Shown here one piece after another: positions 49,999-62,795 of a stretch of 64,000 nt of DNA. Origin of the DNA: Chiloscyllium plagiosum (taxonomy: Eukaryota); contig NC_057752.1 in NCBI RefSeq assembly GCF_004010195.1, positions 13,999,727 through 14,063,726 of the forward strand, written 5' to 3'. The translations under genes were made by a program, and so were the position numbers. The notes under the pieces are model-generated. The model saw only the letters and a list, made by a program, of their open reading frames with translations. It ran no database searches and had not been told where the DNA came from. Numbering within the stretch: the stretch's first letter is position 1; each line of letters begins with the position of its first letter.

Positions 49999-50230
49999 TG
50001 TGGGTTTCCTCTGGGTGCCCCAGTTCCCTCCTTCAGTCCAGAGATGTACAGTTTGGGTGAATTGGCCATGCTAATTATCTCAGTGTCCAAGGATGTGTAG
50101 GCTAGGTGGATTAGCCATGGGGAATGCAGGGTTACAGGGATAAGGTAAAGGACTGGGTGGGATGCTCTTCAAAGGATTGGTGTGGACTGGATGTGTCAAA
50201 GGGCCTGTTTCCACACTGTAGGGGTTCAAT
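49995..50230 (+). mobile_element. HE1/V-SINE 3' part
   Basis: Core and GGCCTGTTTCCACACTGTA tail. Confidence 0.8.
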
Positions 50231-50805
50231 GATAGAAATGGAGCATATCCAGCCCAGTTTTGTACAAGGTAATCCTTGAATGGAGAAATACACCAGATGA
50301 AGACTTGTAGCCCAGTCCAAACGACTGCACCAAACTGACTTTTTTAGCCGTGAAGAAAAACCTCTGAAGCAAGAAGAACAGGTGGTTGGCGGACAGAATA
50401 GTTAGGTGGTTGCTTTGACTAGTGTAAACTTGATGGGCTGAAGGTCCTTTTTCTATGCTGTAGACCTCTAGGTGTGAGTGAAAACAATCAAGGTGAAAAC
50501 AACAGCATACCAAATTCCACTTTGATTAAACTGCCGAGTCTTTGCCAGAGCTGAGCATTGGTGAGCCTGAGTCAAACATTCAACACTGTCAACAAAAGCC
50601 AGCCCCCACGCAACTTTGGACTTCCATAGAGCAGCTGTCACTTCAATTGTATGTACGACCAGATATATCATCGCAACCATAGGCATTTTCGCAGAGCCAG
50701 AGAAGTTGTTATTGCGGGCAATAGATCAGGAAGAAATGATCTCACTATCTGCATAGAGTAAAAAATGACCATCAATCCCAGAGGTACCCAGTGATTGCAA
50801 TGGAT

Positions 50806-53311
50806 CAGCAACTGCAGTTACCATAGCAGTAGCAGTTACCATAGCAGCAGCAGTTACTATATCAGCAGCAGTTACCATAGCAGCAGTTACTATATCAGCA
50901 GCAGCTACCATATCAGCAGCAGTTACCATAGCAGCAGTTACTATATCAGCAGCAGTTACCATAGCAGCAGCAGTTATCATAGCAGCAGCAGTTACCATAG
51001 CAGCAGCAGTTACCATAGCAGCAGTTATCATAGCAGCAGCAGTTACCATAGCAGCAGTTACCATATCAACAGTTACCATAGCAGCAGTTACCATATCAGC
51101 AGTTACCATAGCAGCAGTTACCATATCAACAGTTACCATAGCAGCAGTTACCATATCAGCAGTTATCATAGCAGCAGCAGTTACCATATCAGCAGCAGTT
51201 ACTATAGCAGCAGGAGTTACCATATCAGCAATTATCATAGCAGCAGCAGTTACCATATCAGCAGTTACCATATCAGCAGTTACCATAGCAGCAGTTATCA
51301 TAGCAGCAGCAGTTACCATAGCAGCAGTTACCATAGCAGCAGTTACCATATCAGCAGTTACCATATCAGCAGTTACCATAGCAGCAGTTATCATATCAGC
51401 AGTTATCATAGCAGCAGCAGTTACCATATCAGCAGTTACCATATCAGCAGTTATCATAGCAGCAGCAGTTACCATAGCAGCAGTTACCATATCAGCAGTT
51501 ACCATAGCAGCAGTTATCATATCAGCAGCAGTTACCATATCAGCAGTTACCATAGCAGCAGCAGCAGCTACCATAGCAGCAGCAGTTACCATAGCAGCAG
51601 TTACCATATCAGCAGTTATCATAGCAGCAGCAGTTACCATATCAGCAGTTACCATAGCAGCAGCAGCAGCTACCATACCAGCAGCAGTTACCATAGCAGT
51701 AGTTACCATATCAGCAGCAGTTACCATAGCAGCAGTTACCATATCAGCAGTTACCATAGCAGCAGCAGCAGCTACCATACCAGCAGCAGTTACCATAGCA
51801 GTAGTTACCATATCAGCAGCAGTTACCATAGCAGCAGTTACCATATCAGCAGTTACCATAGCAGCAGCAGCAGCTACCATAGCAGCAGCAGTTACCATAG
51901 CAGCAGTTACCATATCAGCAGTTACCATAGCAGCAGCAGCAGCTACCATAGCAGCAGCAGTTACCATAGCAGCAGTTACCATATCAGCAGTTACCATANN
52001 NNNNNNNNNNNNNNNNNNNNNNNNNNNNNNNNNNNNNNNNNNNNNNNNNNNNNNNNNNNNNNNNNNNNNNNNNNNNNNNNNNNNNNNNNNNNNNNNNNNN
52101 NNNNNNNNNNNNNNNNNNNNNNNNNNNNNNNNNNNNNNNNNNNNNNNNNNNNNNNNNNNNNNNNNNNNNNNNNNNNNNNNNNNNNNNNNNNNNNNNNNNN
52201 NNNNNNNNNNNNNNNNNNNNNNNNNNNNNNNNNNNNNNNNNNNNNNNNNNNNNNNNNNNNNNNNNNNNNNNNNNNNNNNNNNNNNNNNNNNNNNNNNNNN
52301 NNNNNNNNNNNNNNNNNNNNNNNNNNNNNNNNNNNNNNNNNNNNNNNNNNNNNNNNNNNNNNNNNNNNNNNNNNNNNNNNNNNNNNNNNNNNNNNNNNNN
52401 NNNNNNNNNNNNNNNNNNNNNNNNNNNNNNNNNNNNNNNNNNNNNNNNNNNNNNNNNNNNNNNNNNNNNNNNNNNNNNNNNNNNNNNNNNNNNNNNNNNN
52501 NNNNNNNNNNNNNNNNNNNNNNNNNNNNNNNNNNNNNNNNNNNNNNNNNNNNNNNNNNNNNNNNNNNNNNNNNNNNNNNNNNNNNNNNNNNNNNNNNNNN
52601 NNNAGCAGCTATTATAGCAGCAGCAATTACAACAGCAGCAGTTACCATATCAGCAGTTATCATAGCAGCAGCAGTTACCATAGCAGCAGCAGTTACCATA
52701 GCAGCAGCAGTTACCATAGCAACAGCAGTTACCATAGCAGCAGCAGTTACCATAGCAGCAGCAGTTATCATAGCAGTAGTTACCATATCAGGAGCAGTTA
52801 CCATAGCAGCAGTTATCATATCAGCAGCAGTTACCATATCAGCAGCAGTTACCATATCAGCAGCAGTTACCATAGCAGCAGTTACCATATCAGCAGCAGA
52901 TATCATAGCAGCAGCAGTTACCATAGCAGCAGCAGCTACCATAGCAGTAGCAGTTACCATAGCAGCAGTTATCATAGCAGCAGCAGTTACCATAGCAGCA
53001 GTTACCATATCAGCAGCAGTTACCATATCAGCAGTTATCATAGCAGCAGCAGTTACCATAGCAACAGCAGTTACTATAGTAGCAGCAGTTACCATATCAG
53101 CAGCAGTTACCATATCAGCAGTTATCATAGCAGCAGCAGTTACCATAGCAACAGCAGTTACTATAGTAGCAGCAGTTACCATAACTGCAGTTACCATATC
53201 AGCAACAGTTACCATATCAGCAGTTATCATAGCAGCAGCAGTTACCATAGCAGCAGCAGTTACCATAGCAACAGCAGTTACTATAGCAGCAGCAGTTACC
53301 ATAACAGCAGC
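50806..53311. repeat. Codon-phased CAG-rich tandem repeat, units (AGC)nAGTTACCAT(ATC)
   Basis: ~2.5 kb including a ~600-N gap; unit lengths are multiples of 3. Confidence 0.96.
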
Positions 53312-53946
53312 ACTTGCCACAGGAAAGACACTGCCCAGAGAAGGAACATCATCCTTGGAGCAGGTGAACAGCCAATGGGAATGAATGTGCCTGCCATTCG
53401 GAGACTTGCAGGCTTTAAAGACTATGTATGCAATGCATGTTCAAGACTGAAGTCAGTGGAACTGACTAGAGTTAACACACTGAGTGGTATGTTGCATTGT
53501 GACCTTCTGTCACCTATTTTGGTATCAAACTCCGCTTTCAACAACCCTCCCCACCTCATCGTCTGATGCAGAACCATACTGGATGTTCTCAAGTTTAATC
53601 CCTGATCAGTTAAATAAACTGCCAGCAATTACTGTCTGTGCACACCCACGAAGGACAGAGTTTCAAGTGGCCTCAGGCAACAAGAAGAGGCAAAATCAAT
53701 TGGCATCACCACTGTCGATCACTGGGATGGGCACTTTAACTGGTGTATTTGGCATGGATCTTAGCAGCAGACAGAACTGGACACAGATGGGATCCCATTC
53801 TTTTATTCAGCCCATAGGAAGACCTCATTCTCTGGACTCATATCCAGTCTCTCGGGGGTGTGACTGGCACTGGGGGTGGGGGGCGGGGTGGCAGCGTGGC
53901 AGCGTTGCAGCATGACATTGGGTACCCCTCGCCTGTGAATAACATT

Positions 53947-54268
53947 ATTAGATTAGATTAGATTAGATTACAGTGTGGAAACAGGCCCTTCAGCCCAACA
54001 AGTCCACACCGACCCGCCGAAGCGAAACCCACCCATACCCCTACATTTACCCCTTACCTAACGCTACAGGCAATTTAGCATGGCCAATTGACCTGACCCT
54101 GCACATCTTTGGACTGTGGGAGGAAACCGGAGCACCCGGAGGAAACCCACGCAGACACGGGGAGAATGTGCAAACTCCACACAGTCAGTCGCCTGAGGCG
54201 GGAATTGAACCCGGGTCTCTGGCGCTGTGAGGCGGCAGTGCTAACCACTGTGCCACCGTGCCGCCCAA
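53947..54268 (-). mobile_element. HE1/V-SINE, full length
   Basis: (TTAGA)n tail, core and head. Confidence 0.93.
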
Positions 54269-55019
54269 TATGTCGCCTCCAATCGGTCTTCTCCAGCCAC
54301 AACAGGTGCATGCGGGTCACATCTGTGCAAACGTTTCAGCAGTACATGCTGGCCTCCAAGAGAGAAACTCAATGTCATCTGATCTGTCTGGTCTCCGACA
54401 CCCAGCTGAGCTCATCAAACAGCTAAACAACTTCAGGAAAAGTGGGGTGCTTTCAAAGGCCCTGGTTATCTCCATTGCACTTTACACAGGGAGCCATGGC
54501 AACTGTCAGAGGTCACAGTGACGTGATTGTAAAGCAGACACGAGGCCCAACCACACATACCACAAGGAGTGGGATATCACAAGGCAGATACAATGGTCTC
54601 AGCCACAAGTGGAAAATATTATGCATGCAATCCTTTATTGCAACAAGGATGTGATGCTGAATCTCAACTTTCAACTGCATGGAAACTAAAAAAGTCTAAA
54701 CATGGCTTCCGAAGAGATAAAGGAATCATTCTTGGCTCGGTGCCTGTATGCTGCAGCGCATGTCGAACTGTTAATGGGAAGGAAACTTCTGAAACAAAAT
54801 CGTTGGCTTGGTTATCCACCAAACTCTTTGCAATGCACACTGGTCACAGAGGCCTCAAGCAGACCAGCAGAAACTGCACCCATTCTGTTCAGGGCTACCT
54901 AAGCATGGAGAAGACCATCGAAGTGAGGCAGGAAGCCAGTCCCCCTCCCCCCCCCCGCCACCCCGCCAACAAACCTCAACCCTTCCATGTCTATACTGGG
55001 AATGCAGGTAGCCTCCAAA

Positions 55020-55542
55020 TACAGGCACACACACACACACAGACAGTCTCTCTCTGTCTCTGTCTCTGACACACACACAGAGTAGCAAATGCACAGACAC
55101 AGAGACACACACAGACTTATACATACATACACACAATCTCACATGACATGCTGGTTTGAACACACACACACACACACACACAGAATAGCAAATACGCATA
55201 CACAGAGGCACATACAATGCCATCATAGACACAGATAGACACACATGCTCACACACACACGTGCACTCTCACACAGTCGCAGACACCCAGTCACACACAT
55301 ACACAGGCTCACACATAGCAAGTCACACGCAGACAGACACACACATACACACTGTCATAGACGCACACACAGTCACAGACACACATACACACACACTCTC
55401 TCTCTTTCACACACACAATGTCATAGATACACATAGTCTCACACACACAGTCACAGACACACACATACACAGTCACATATACTCAGTCAGAGACACACAC
55501 ACAATACAGTCCCAGTCACCCATACACAGTCACAGGCACACT
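55020..55542. repeat. Degenerate (CA)n/(CAGA) low-complexity tract
   Basis: Direct inspection. Confidence 0.92.
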
Positions 55543-55927
55543 TTTAAACATGCAAATGTTCAGGCATTGTCATCTGAAGCAAGGATCTGACCCTGCCCTC
55601 TCCAGTGATTCCCCCACTTGCCTCCCATCACTTTGGGGCACTTGTTATGGTAGGGCTGGATAGTCTCATCTCCTGAGGGCAGAATAATAGATCAGGTAAT
55701 CGCTGATGTGCGAGGTTGATGAGGCACCCACCCCTTGTTGCTGCAAATTCTGCCAAGAACAAAGAAGGTGGGCATAACTGGCATGATTTTGGTGTGACCA
55801 TGATCTGAAAAGACTTGGGGGCCTTTAGTTACAATGTCGGGGTTGAGGAGACAAAATCAGCAATGATGTTAACATTGGATCTTCAGTATGATCGATACAG
55901 CAGAGACAAGGGTATGGTAATGGGCGG

Positions 55928-55946
55928 CTGCCCCACCTAGTGGCCG
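55928..55946 (-). promoter_or_regulatory. Candidate CTCF motif
   Basis: Minus strand reads CGGCCACTAGGTGGGGCAG. Confidence 0.35.
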
Positions 55947-58544
55947 AGTACAGTATGAGCATGTTGCCATTTGTAACATTTGAGGTTTAACACCTTGTTT
56001 TTTTTATTATTAGATTGGGTTGGTATTGAATCAAATTTGCAGAAGGGGTTTCAGGTCTTTGTAATAGAGGGAGACTTGGATTTATAGTCTTTCCGAGTGT
56101 TAGAAAGTCTTAAGCGTAGCTGGTGCTCAAACCCAGGGGTACTAAATGCTACCACTGCACCACTCAGCCTTAACTAGCTTCTTGGCAACATGTTTGAACA
56201 CCTTGTGACACACACACACCTCTGAGGCAGGTGAGAGACTTGAATCTGGAGCCATGAAGCTACCGACTGCTCCAGAAGTGATTTGTACTTGTATATCACC
56301 TTCAATTTCAGGACATGCCGAAGAACTGGACAGTGAACTACTATTGAAGGATAGTCAGTGCTGCGATGTTGGAAATGCTATGCACAGTAAGATCCCACAG
56401 AGGGCATTGACCAGACTGTGGGATAACAGGGATTCATAACTAATCGTGCCAATGACTGGTCAGCATGGATGAGTTGGGCCAAAGGGTCTGTTTGTATGTT
56501 GTCTATCTGTATGACTCTGACATCAGTGAGAGGGTGAGGACACCAGTCTGGAATGAGTGAGTGAGGAAAGAAGTCTTAGGCACCACACTAGGGAGCTGTA
56601 TTTGAGAATCTACTGTGTATAAAGGAGTGTTCCAGCACGTTAAGAATTGCCTGAGATAAGGAGCAAGTAATCTCAGGGACAGGGTCTGTGTAGTCACTCA
56701 CAGCCCAGAGACACTCCAGACTGGGATCTCAATACACAGGGAACAGCACCAGCTTTTAACCCAAGGTAACATGCATATCATTGTTTTCCAGATGAGGGAT
56801 GCTTACTGGCCAGGGACAACTCAACCCTCCTGCTTTGACATCGTGGCTACGTGATCTGTTCGACTTGTCTCAGAAGAGGGCACACGGGGCCCTCGGTTTA
56901 ATGCCCTCTCCAGAACTCTGGCATATCAGTCCCCCTGCTCAGGGGGCGACCCTCGATTTTGTACCTCACCGTCTGAAGTGGGAGCTGAACCTGTCAACGT
57001 TTTCAGCGAGAGAAAGGGATGGGAGAGCTTCGGAAGTCTTCTCTGTGGAAGGTGAAAAAAGCTTTCGTCCCCATCCCCATCTTCGTTTGAGCACAATACG
57101 CCACACCGCCTTGAGACAAGCTGCCTTCAGTTTGCATCTGTTGGATCGATTAAGCTGGAGCATTTGAAAACATGATGCTTTGATGATTCCACATCCAGGC
57201 AGCCTGTTTAATGCATTGATTGCCAGCCAACCTTGGAACTGTAGTGTCAACATAGTTAAAAAAAAAGCCTGTAGCAGAAGCGTTAACACACACGCATTTC
57301 CGACATGAGTCTGAGGAGAAAGACTGCAGCAGATAAAAAATCTGATCTGTTTTATTGCCGTGGGGTTTTATATCATATACAGTTTTTGAAATAGAAGCGA
57401 GAGACCTTTGGAACACAAAGTGTACTTTCGGCCACTTTGATGTGTTTATGCCAAACAGAACATACCGCCTGGAATGTTTTCCCTTCCGGAGTTTCTGTGG
57501 AGACAGGCTGCTCGCTTTGTTCTGAAATGAGTCAATTAAGATAATTGTTTGGCAAGTGAAGGGGACTGGCTCCTGCTGCCTTTGAAGGATTAAACAGGAA
57601 ATGGGGACGCAAAAGCTCTTGCATTTGCTGTTTTTCAAACCTAAAGGGTTTCGGAAGCAATGGTTTTCTCCAGATTCTGACACTGAAAGCTTGGAGAGAA
57701 AAGGTTGAACTGGAAGATGTCCTAGCAGCAGAGAAGAGTTGGGTAAGCGAAATAACGGGAGCATCCAAACATGCAACGAATGAGGACTAGACAATTGGAC
57801 AAGAAGCCACTTTTATATGGGAAGTGCACTCTATGTTTATACAGAGGCAGGGAAGTGGAGTCAAGGCCGCAATCCTATGCGGCATGATCTTTTCAAGTGG
57901 GAAAGCAACCGAAAGGGCTGAACACTCCTAATTCATCCATTCTTGAAGGCAACAGAAGGGAGAGAGGGTCAAGAGTGACTTGCTTCAGGGCTAGGATAGC
58001 CCTGGTATTTCCAAGAATTGAACACAAGAAACTACTGAGAGGAAAAGTAATCAGAGACTTACGGGGGGGAAAAGAGTCACACCTTCAAAGAGAAACATCT
58101 TCAAACTCTTCTCACAACAATAATCAGAGCAAAAGGCTGGTGAACGATTCAGGGAAGGCTGATGAGCTTGGTGAGGTGGACATGTCAGGTGGTCATGTGA
58201 TGATGCCTCCAGGAATGTACCCAACCAGAGTTGGCAACCCGAAATGTCACAGCAAGATCTGGTTAATGTGGCCAGACTGGGTAGGGTCTGATAATCGTGG
58301 ACGGGCTATGTTTTGGTTCCATTGCCATTGCCAAGGTGACAGACTAGAATTCAGTTGCAACAATGTCAGGGAAAGGAATTAATAGAAACAGCTGGAAAAA
58401 AATTTCGATTCTTTTCCCTTAGAGAAGGTTTGAGAAGCGATTTCATTGAGGCGTTCAAAATCATGAGAGAATTTGATAGTGTCAATGAGGAGAAAGCATT
58501 TTTCATGGCAGAGAAGTCATCCACCAGAAGACACACAGATTTGA

Positions 58545-58892
58545 ACTCTTTTATTCATTCAGGGGATGTGGGGGTCACTGCCTGGGCCCAGCATTTATTA
58601 CCCTGTCCCTAGTTGCCCCTTGAGAAGATGGGGGTGAGCTGCCATCTTGAACCGCTGCAGTCCATGTGCTGTAGGGTGACCCACAATGCCCTGAGGGAGA
58701 GAATTCCAGGATTTTGACCCAGTGACACTGAAGGAACGGCGATATAGTTGCATTTGGTGGAGGGTGTGGACGTGGTGCCAATCAAGCGGCTGCTTTGTCC
58801 TGGATGGTGTCAAGTTCCTTGAGTGTTGTTGGAGCTGTCCCCATCCAGGGGCAAGTGGGGAGTATTCCATCACACTCCTGACTTGTACCTCG
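58545..58892 (-). mobile_element. CR1 (second family) RT end and 3' tail, nested in an older CR1
   Basis: MEYSPLA...KSWNSLPQGIVG...GLQRFKMAAHPHLLKG. Confidence 0.8.
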
Positions 58893-59467
58893 TAATTGAA
58901 TGAGAAAGGATCAGGGATTCCTTTTCTTTAAGCCAGCAAATTGTTAAGTTCTGAATTTTGCTGCCTGAAAAGTGATGGGAACAAATTCAATATTAATTTT
59001 TGGAAGAGCAAACTAGGTGAGAGACAAACTTGTGAAATAAGATTTGGGTCTATTTGGCAGGGTGTAGGGGCAGGTGGATTAAGTCCGTAAACAAACTCTG
59101 TGCTTTCAGTCCGACAGCTTGGCTCAGTGAAGAGCTGTGTCTCTGAATCAGGAGGCTGTGGATTTGACAAAAGATGCTGAGATCGCTGCGAGAAGGTCAA
59201 ACACTCACTCCACAGCACGTTGAGTGGTGTGAAAATACAGCGGAAAGAGAAAAAGACATAGAGTGAGAAATGCAAAAAGAGAAAGATGAAGGAAAGGATA
59301 AGAGACCATTTATGAACACCTCTCAGTTGGTCAATCTGAAGCACACACTTGATTGATGCGTATATCTTTGACATGAAGTATCTGATGCTCACCGAAATGT
59401 CTCATACCTTTGAACATTTTGTGCACTCATGTTGCTGGCAGACTCAGGCTACCCTGTTAAACATTGA

Positions 59468-59651
59468 TGTGGAGGAGCCGGTGTTAGTCTGGGATGGACA
59501 AAGTTAAAAATCACACGACACCAGGGTTATAGTCCACTAGCTTTCGGAGCGCTGCTCCTTCATCACAACCACCCGATGAAGGAGCGGCGCTCTGAAAGCT
59601 AGTGCTTCCAATTAAACCTGTTGGACTATAACCTGGTGTGGGATTTTTAAA
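59468..59651. mobile_element. Palindromic mini-PLE with two inverted hammerhead motifs and a 14-bp TSD
   Basis: Inverted arms around CAACCAC; TSD CTGT(T/A)AAACATTGA at 59454-67 and 59652-65. Confidence 0.78.
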
Positions 59652-59929
59652 CTGTAAAACATTGACACGCTGTCTCCATCTAGTGGCTGATGTCTACTTG
59701 AGAAGCAGAATTTTGGTCCATCAGAAACAACCCCAATTACTTCCAATGTCTTGCACTGGTTAACATGTTTAAGCCTTTCTATACTGTTCGATATATTAAA
59801 ACAGCAGACAAAGGAATTTTAACAAAGTGGTTAAACTATTGAGTTACACCAAATCTACAGCACAGGAACATATCATTCCAACTATGTCAGCCTTTATAGT
59901 CCACAGAAGCATTCTCCTCTCTGCATTTT

Positions 59930-60245
59930 GATTAGATTAGATTACTTACAGTGTGGAAACAGGCCCTTCGGCCCAACAAGTCCACACTGCCCCGCCGAAG
60001 CACAACCCACCCATACCCCTACATTTACCCCTTACCTAACACTACGGGCAATTTAGCATGGCCAATTCACCTGACCCTGCACATCTTTGGACTGTGGGAG
60101 GAAACCGGAGCACCCGGAGGAAACCCACGCAGACACGGGGAGAATGTGCAAACTCCACACAGTCAGTCGCCTGAGGTGGGAATTGAACCCGGGTCTCTGG
60201 CGCTGTGAGGCAGCAGTGCTAACCACTGTGCCACCGTGCCGCCCA
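59930..60245 (-). mobile_element. HE1/V-SINE, full length
   Basis: Tail, core and head present. Confidence 0.93.
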
Positions 60246-60264
60246 CCCATGTGAACAAACCTCT

Positions 60265-60590
60265 TAGACAATAGACAACAGACAATAGGTGCAGGAGTAG
60301 GCCATTCTGCCCTTCGAGCCTGCACCACCATTCATTATGATCATGGCTGATCATCCTCAATCAGTATCCTGTTCCTGCCTTATCTCCATAACCCTTGATT
60401 CCACTATCCTTGAGAGCTCTATCCATCTCTTTCTTAAACGAATCCAGAGACTGGGCCTCCACTGCCCTCTGGGGCAGAGCATTCCACATAGTCACCACTC
60501 TCTGGGTGAAGATGTTTTTCCTCATCTCTGTCCTAAATGGCCTACCCCTTGTTTTTAATCTGTGTCCTCTGGTTCGGGACTCACCCATCC
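60265..60590 (-). mobile_element. CR1 3' end
   Basis: SRTRGHRLKTRGRPFRTEMRKNIFTQRVVTMWNALP. Confidence 0.92.
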
Positions 60591-60729
60591 TGCCACTGCA
60601 TTCCTCTGTTCATACTCCCTCATGTCTTACTGAATTAGTGCTGTGTTTCAACTTGCATTTATATAGCACCTTTAACATACTGAAACACTCCAAGGCATCT
60701 TACAGCAGTGATTATTGAAGATAATCAAG

Positions 60730-61052
60730 GGGATGTGATGGCCTCATAGTATTACCACTGGACTGTCAATCCAGAGACCCAGAGTTTGAATCCCACCACG
60801 GCAGGTTGTGGAATTTGAATTCAATAAAAATCTGTAATTAATAATCAAAGGATGACCGCGAATCTATTGTCGATTGTTGGAAAAACCCATCCATTTCACC
60901 TCATGTCCTTTAGGAAAGGAAACTGCATCCTTACCTGGTCTGGGCCTACATCTGTGATTCCAGACCCACAGCCAAAATGGCTGACTCTTAACCGCAATTA
61001 GGGACGGGCAATAAATGCTGGCCTAAGCATCCCATGAATGAATTAAAGAAAA
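60730..61052 (+). mobile_element. tRNA-headed SINE with CR1 (second family) tail
   Basis: TGGCCTCATAGT...GAGTTTGAATCCC head; tail GCAATTAGGGACGGGCAATAAATGCTGGCC is shared with the LINE end at ~58560-58620. Confidence 0.7.
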
Positions 61053-61359
61053 GATCGAACATAAGGAGACAGTAGGCTGCCAAAACCTGGACAAAGATGC
61101 ATCTGTAAGAAGCTTCTTAAAGATGGAGAGCAGCGAACAGAAGGAGAGGTTTCAGGGGCTTTGGGCTTGGACAGCTGAAGGCACATGGCCCAGTGAGAGA
61201 GCACCTAAAATCAGGTCTTCGTAAGATTGCATATTTCAGATCAAGTTCAATTCTTTAAAGTTAGAAAATAACGGTGCTACTTAGTGTTGCTACTTAGTGT
61301 TGCTTTTGTTCTGAATGAAGGCGAAACCTATGGTTTGTCAGCAAGTAGTGACAGCTTCT

Positions 61360-61952
61360 GTTAGTCAGAGGTGCCAGTGGGCACATGCTTACCTTGAAGT
61401 CAGAAGGGCGTGGACTCGGGTCCCACTCCAGAGTCTTGAGCACAGCCACCCTTGCTGACAGTCTGGTGCAGCGCCAATGGAGTGCCGTTGGGCTGCAAGT
61501 GTCATCTTTCAGATGAGACATCAAACAGAGCCCCCCACCCAAACACTGCACAATGTTGAAGGAAGCCAGTGAAATTCTCCTTGCTATTCCAGCCAATATT
61601 CATCCGTGAAACAACAGGATTAAAATGAAAGCGAAATACTACAAAAGCTGGAAATCCGAAACAACGCAGAAAGCACTGGCAATACTCAGCAGTCAGGTGA
61701 GCGAGCGAGAGAGAAAGAGGGCAGAATTAAAATTTTAGGTCAATGACTTCTGATCAGAACGTCCGAAAGGAACAGGTTTATCTGATTTTTTACCACATTA
61801 TTGTTTGTGGGAGCTGGCTGGTGCAGATTGGCTGCAACATTTCCTGCAATGAGAAGAGTGGCCACACCTCAAGAGTACTTCAGTGGCTGTGGTTTTGAGG
61901 CATCCTGAGGGTGTGAAAGACACTACAGAAATGCAGGTCTTTCTTCCTTTCA
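61360..61952 (+). mobile_element. DeuSINE/SacSINE1-like SINE interrupted by a PLE-end fragment (~61625-61770)
   Basis: GTCCCACTCCAGAG...TTTCAGATGAGACATCAAAC; TGTTTGTGGGAGCTGGCTGGTGCAGATTGGCTGC; L2-like tail. Confidence 0.65.
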
Positions 61953-62044
61953 ATCTGTCGGTCAGCTTTGAAAGGAGATGTGGAAAGAAAAGTCCTTTGC
62001 AGCTGCAGATAATGCATCCCATAATCATTTACTGACTGCACTGA

Positions 62045-62607
62045 CGTTAGCAAGGCCTTTGACAGATTCCCCATGGTAGACTGGTTGGTCAGGTTAGATC
62101 ACATGGGATCCAGGGAGAGCTAGCCAATTGGATACAAAATTGGCTTCAAAGTAGGAGACAGAGGGTAATGGTAGAGGGTGGTTGTTCAGACTGGAGGCTT
62201 GTGACCAGTATTGTGCAACAAGCATTGGTACTAGGTCCACTGCTTTTCATTATGTAAATGATTTGGATGTGAATATAGGAGGAATGGTTAGTAAGTTTGC
62301 AAATAACACCAAAATTGGTGGTATAGTGGACAGTGAAGAAGGTTATCGAAGATCACAATAGGATCTTGATCACCTGGGCCAGTGGACAGAGGAATGGCAG
62401 ATGGGATTTAATGCAGATAAATGTGAGGTGTTGCATTTTCATGAAACAAACCAGGGTAGAACTTACACAGTTAAAGGTACAGTCCTGGGGAGTGTTGTTG
62501 AACAGAACCAAGAGGTTCAGGTATATAGATCCTTGAAAATGGCCTGACAGGTCGACAGGGTGGTGAAGAAGGCATTTGGCACACTTGCCTTCATTGGTCA
62601 GAGCACT
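62045..62607 (+). mobile_element. CR1 RT fragment
   Basis: SKAFD...WIQNWL...SKFANNTKIGG...VKKAFGTLAFIG. Confidence 0.88.
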
Positions 62608-62795
62608 GGGCAGCAAGGTGGCTCAGTGGCTAGCACTGCTGCCTCACAGCGCGAGGGACCCAAGTTCGATCCCAGCCTCGGGCAACTGTCTGTGTGGAGT
62701 CTGCACATTTCCCTTGTGTCTGCATGGGGTTCCTCCCACAATCCAAAGATGTGCAGGTTAGAGTGGATTGACTATGCTAAATTGTCCCATAGTTC
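62608..62795 (+). mobile_element. HE1/V-SINE 5' part
   Basis: Head and core present. Confidence 0.82.

Noticed and set aside
50795..53566. 923-aa and 864-aa ORFs as genes
   Set aside because: They are explained by triplet-phased repeats plus N-gap read-through; kept only as a finding.
54370..54521. HPAELIKQLNNFRKSG resembles the start of a BTB/Kelch-like domain
   Set aside because: The following residues lack the CDV-L and H-VLAA motifs and the frame soon stops; probably chance.
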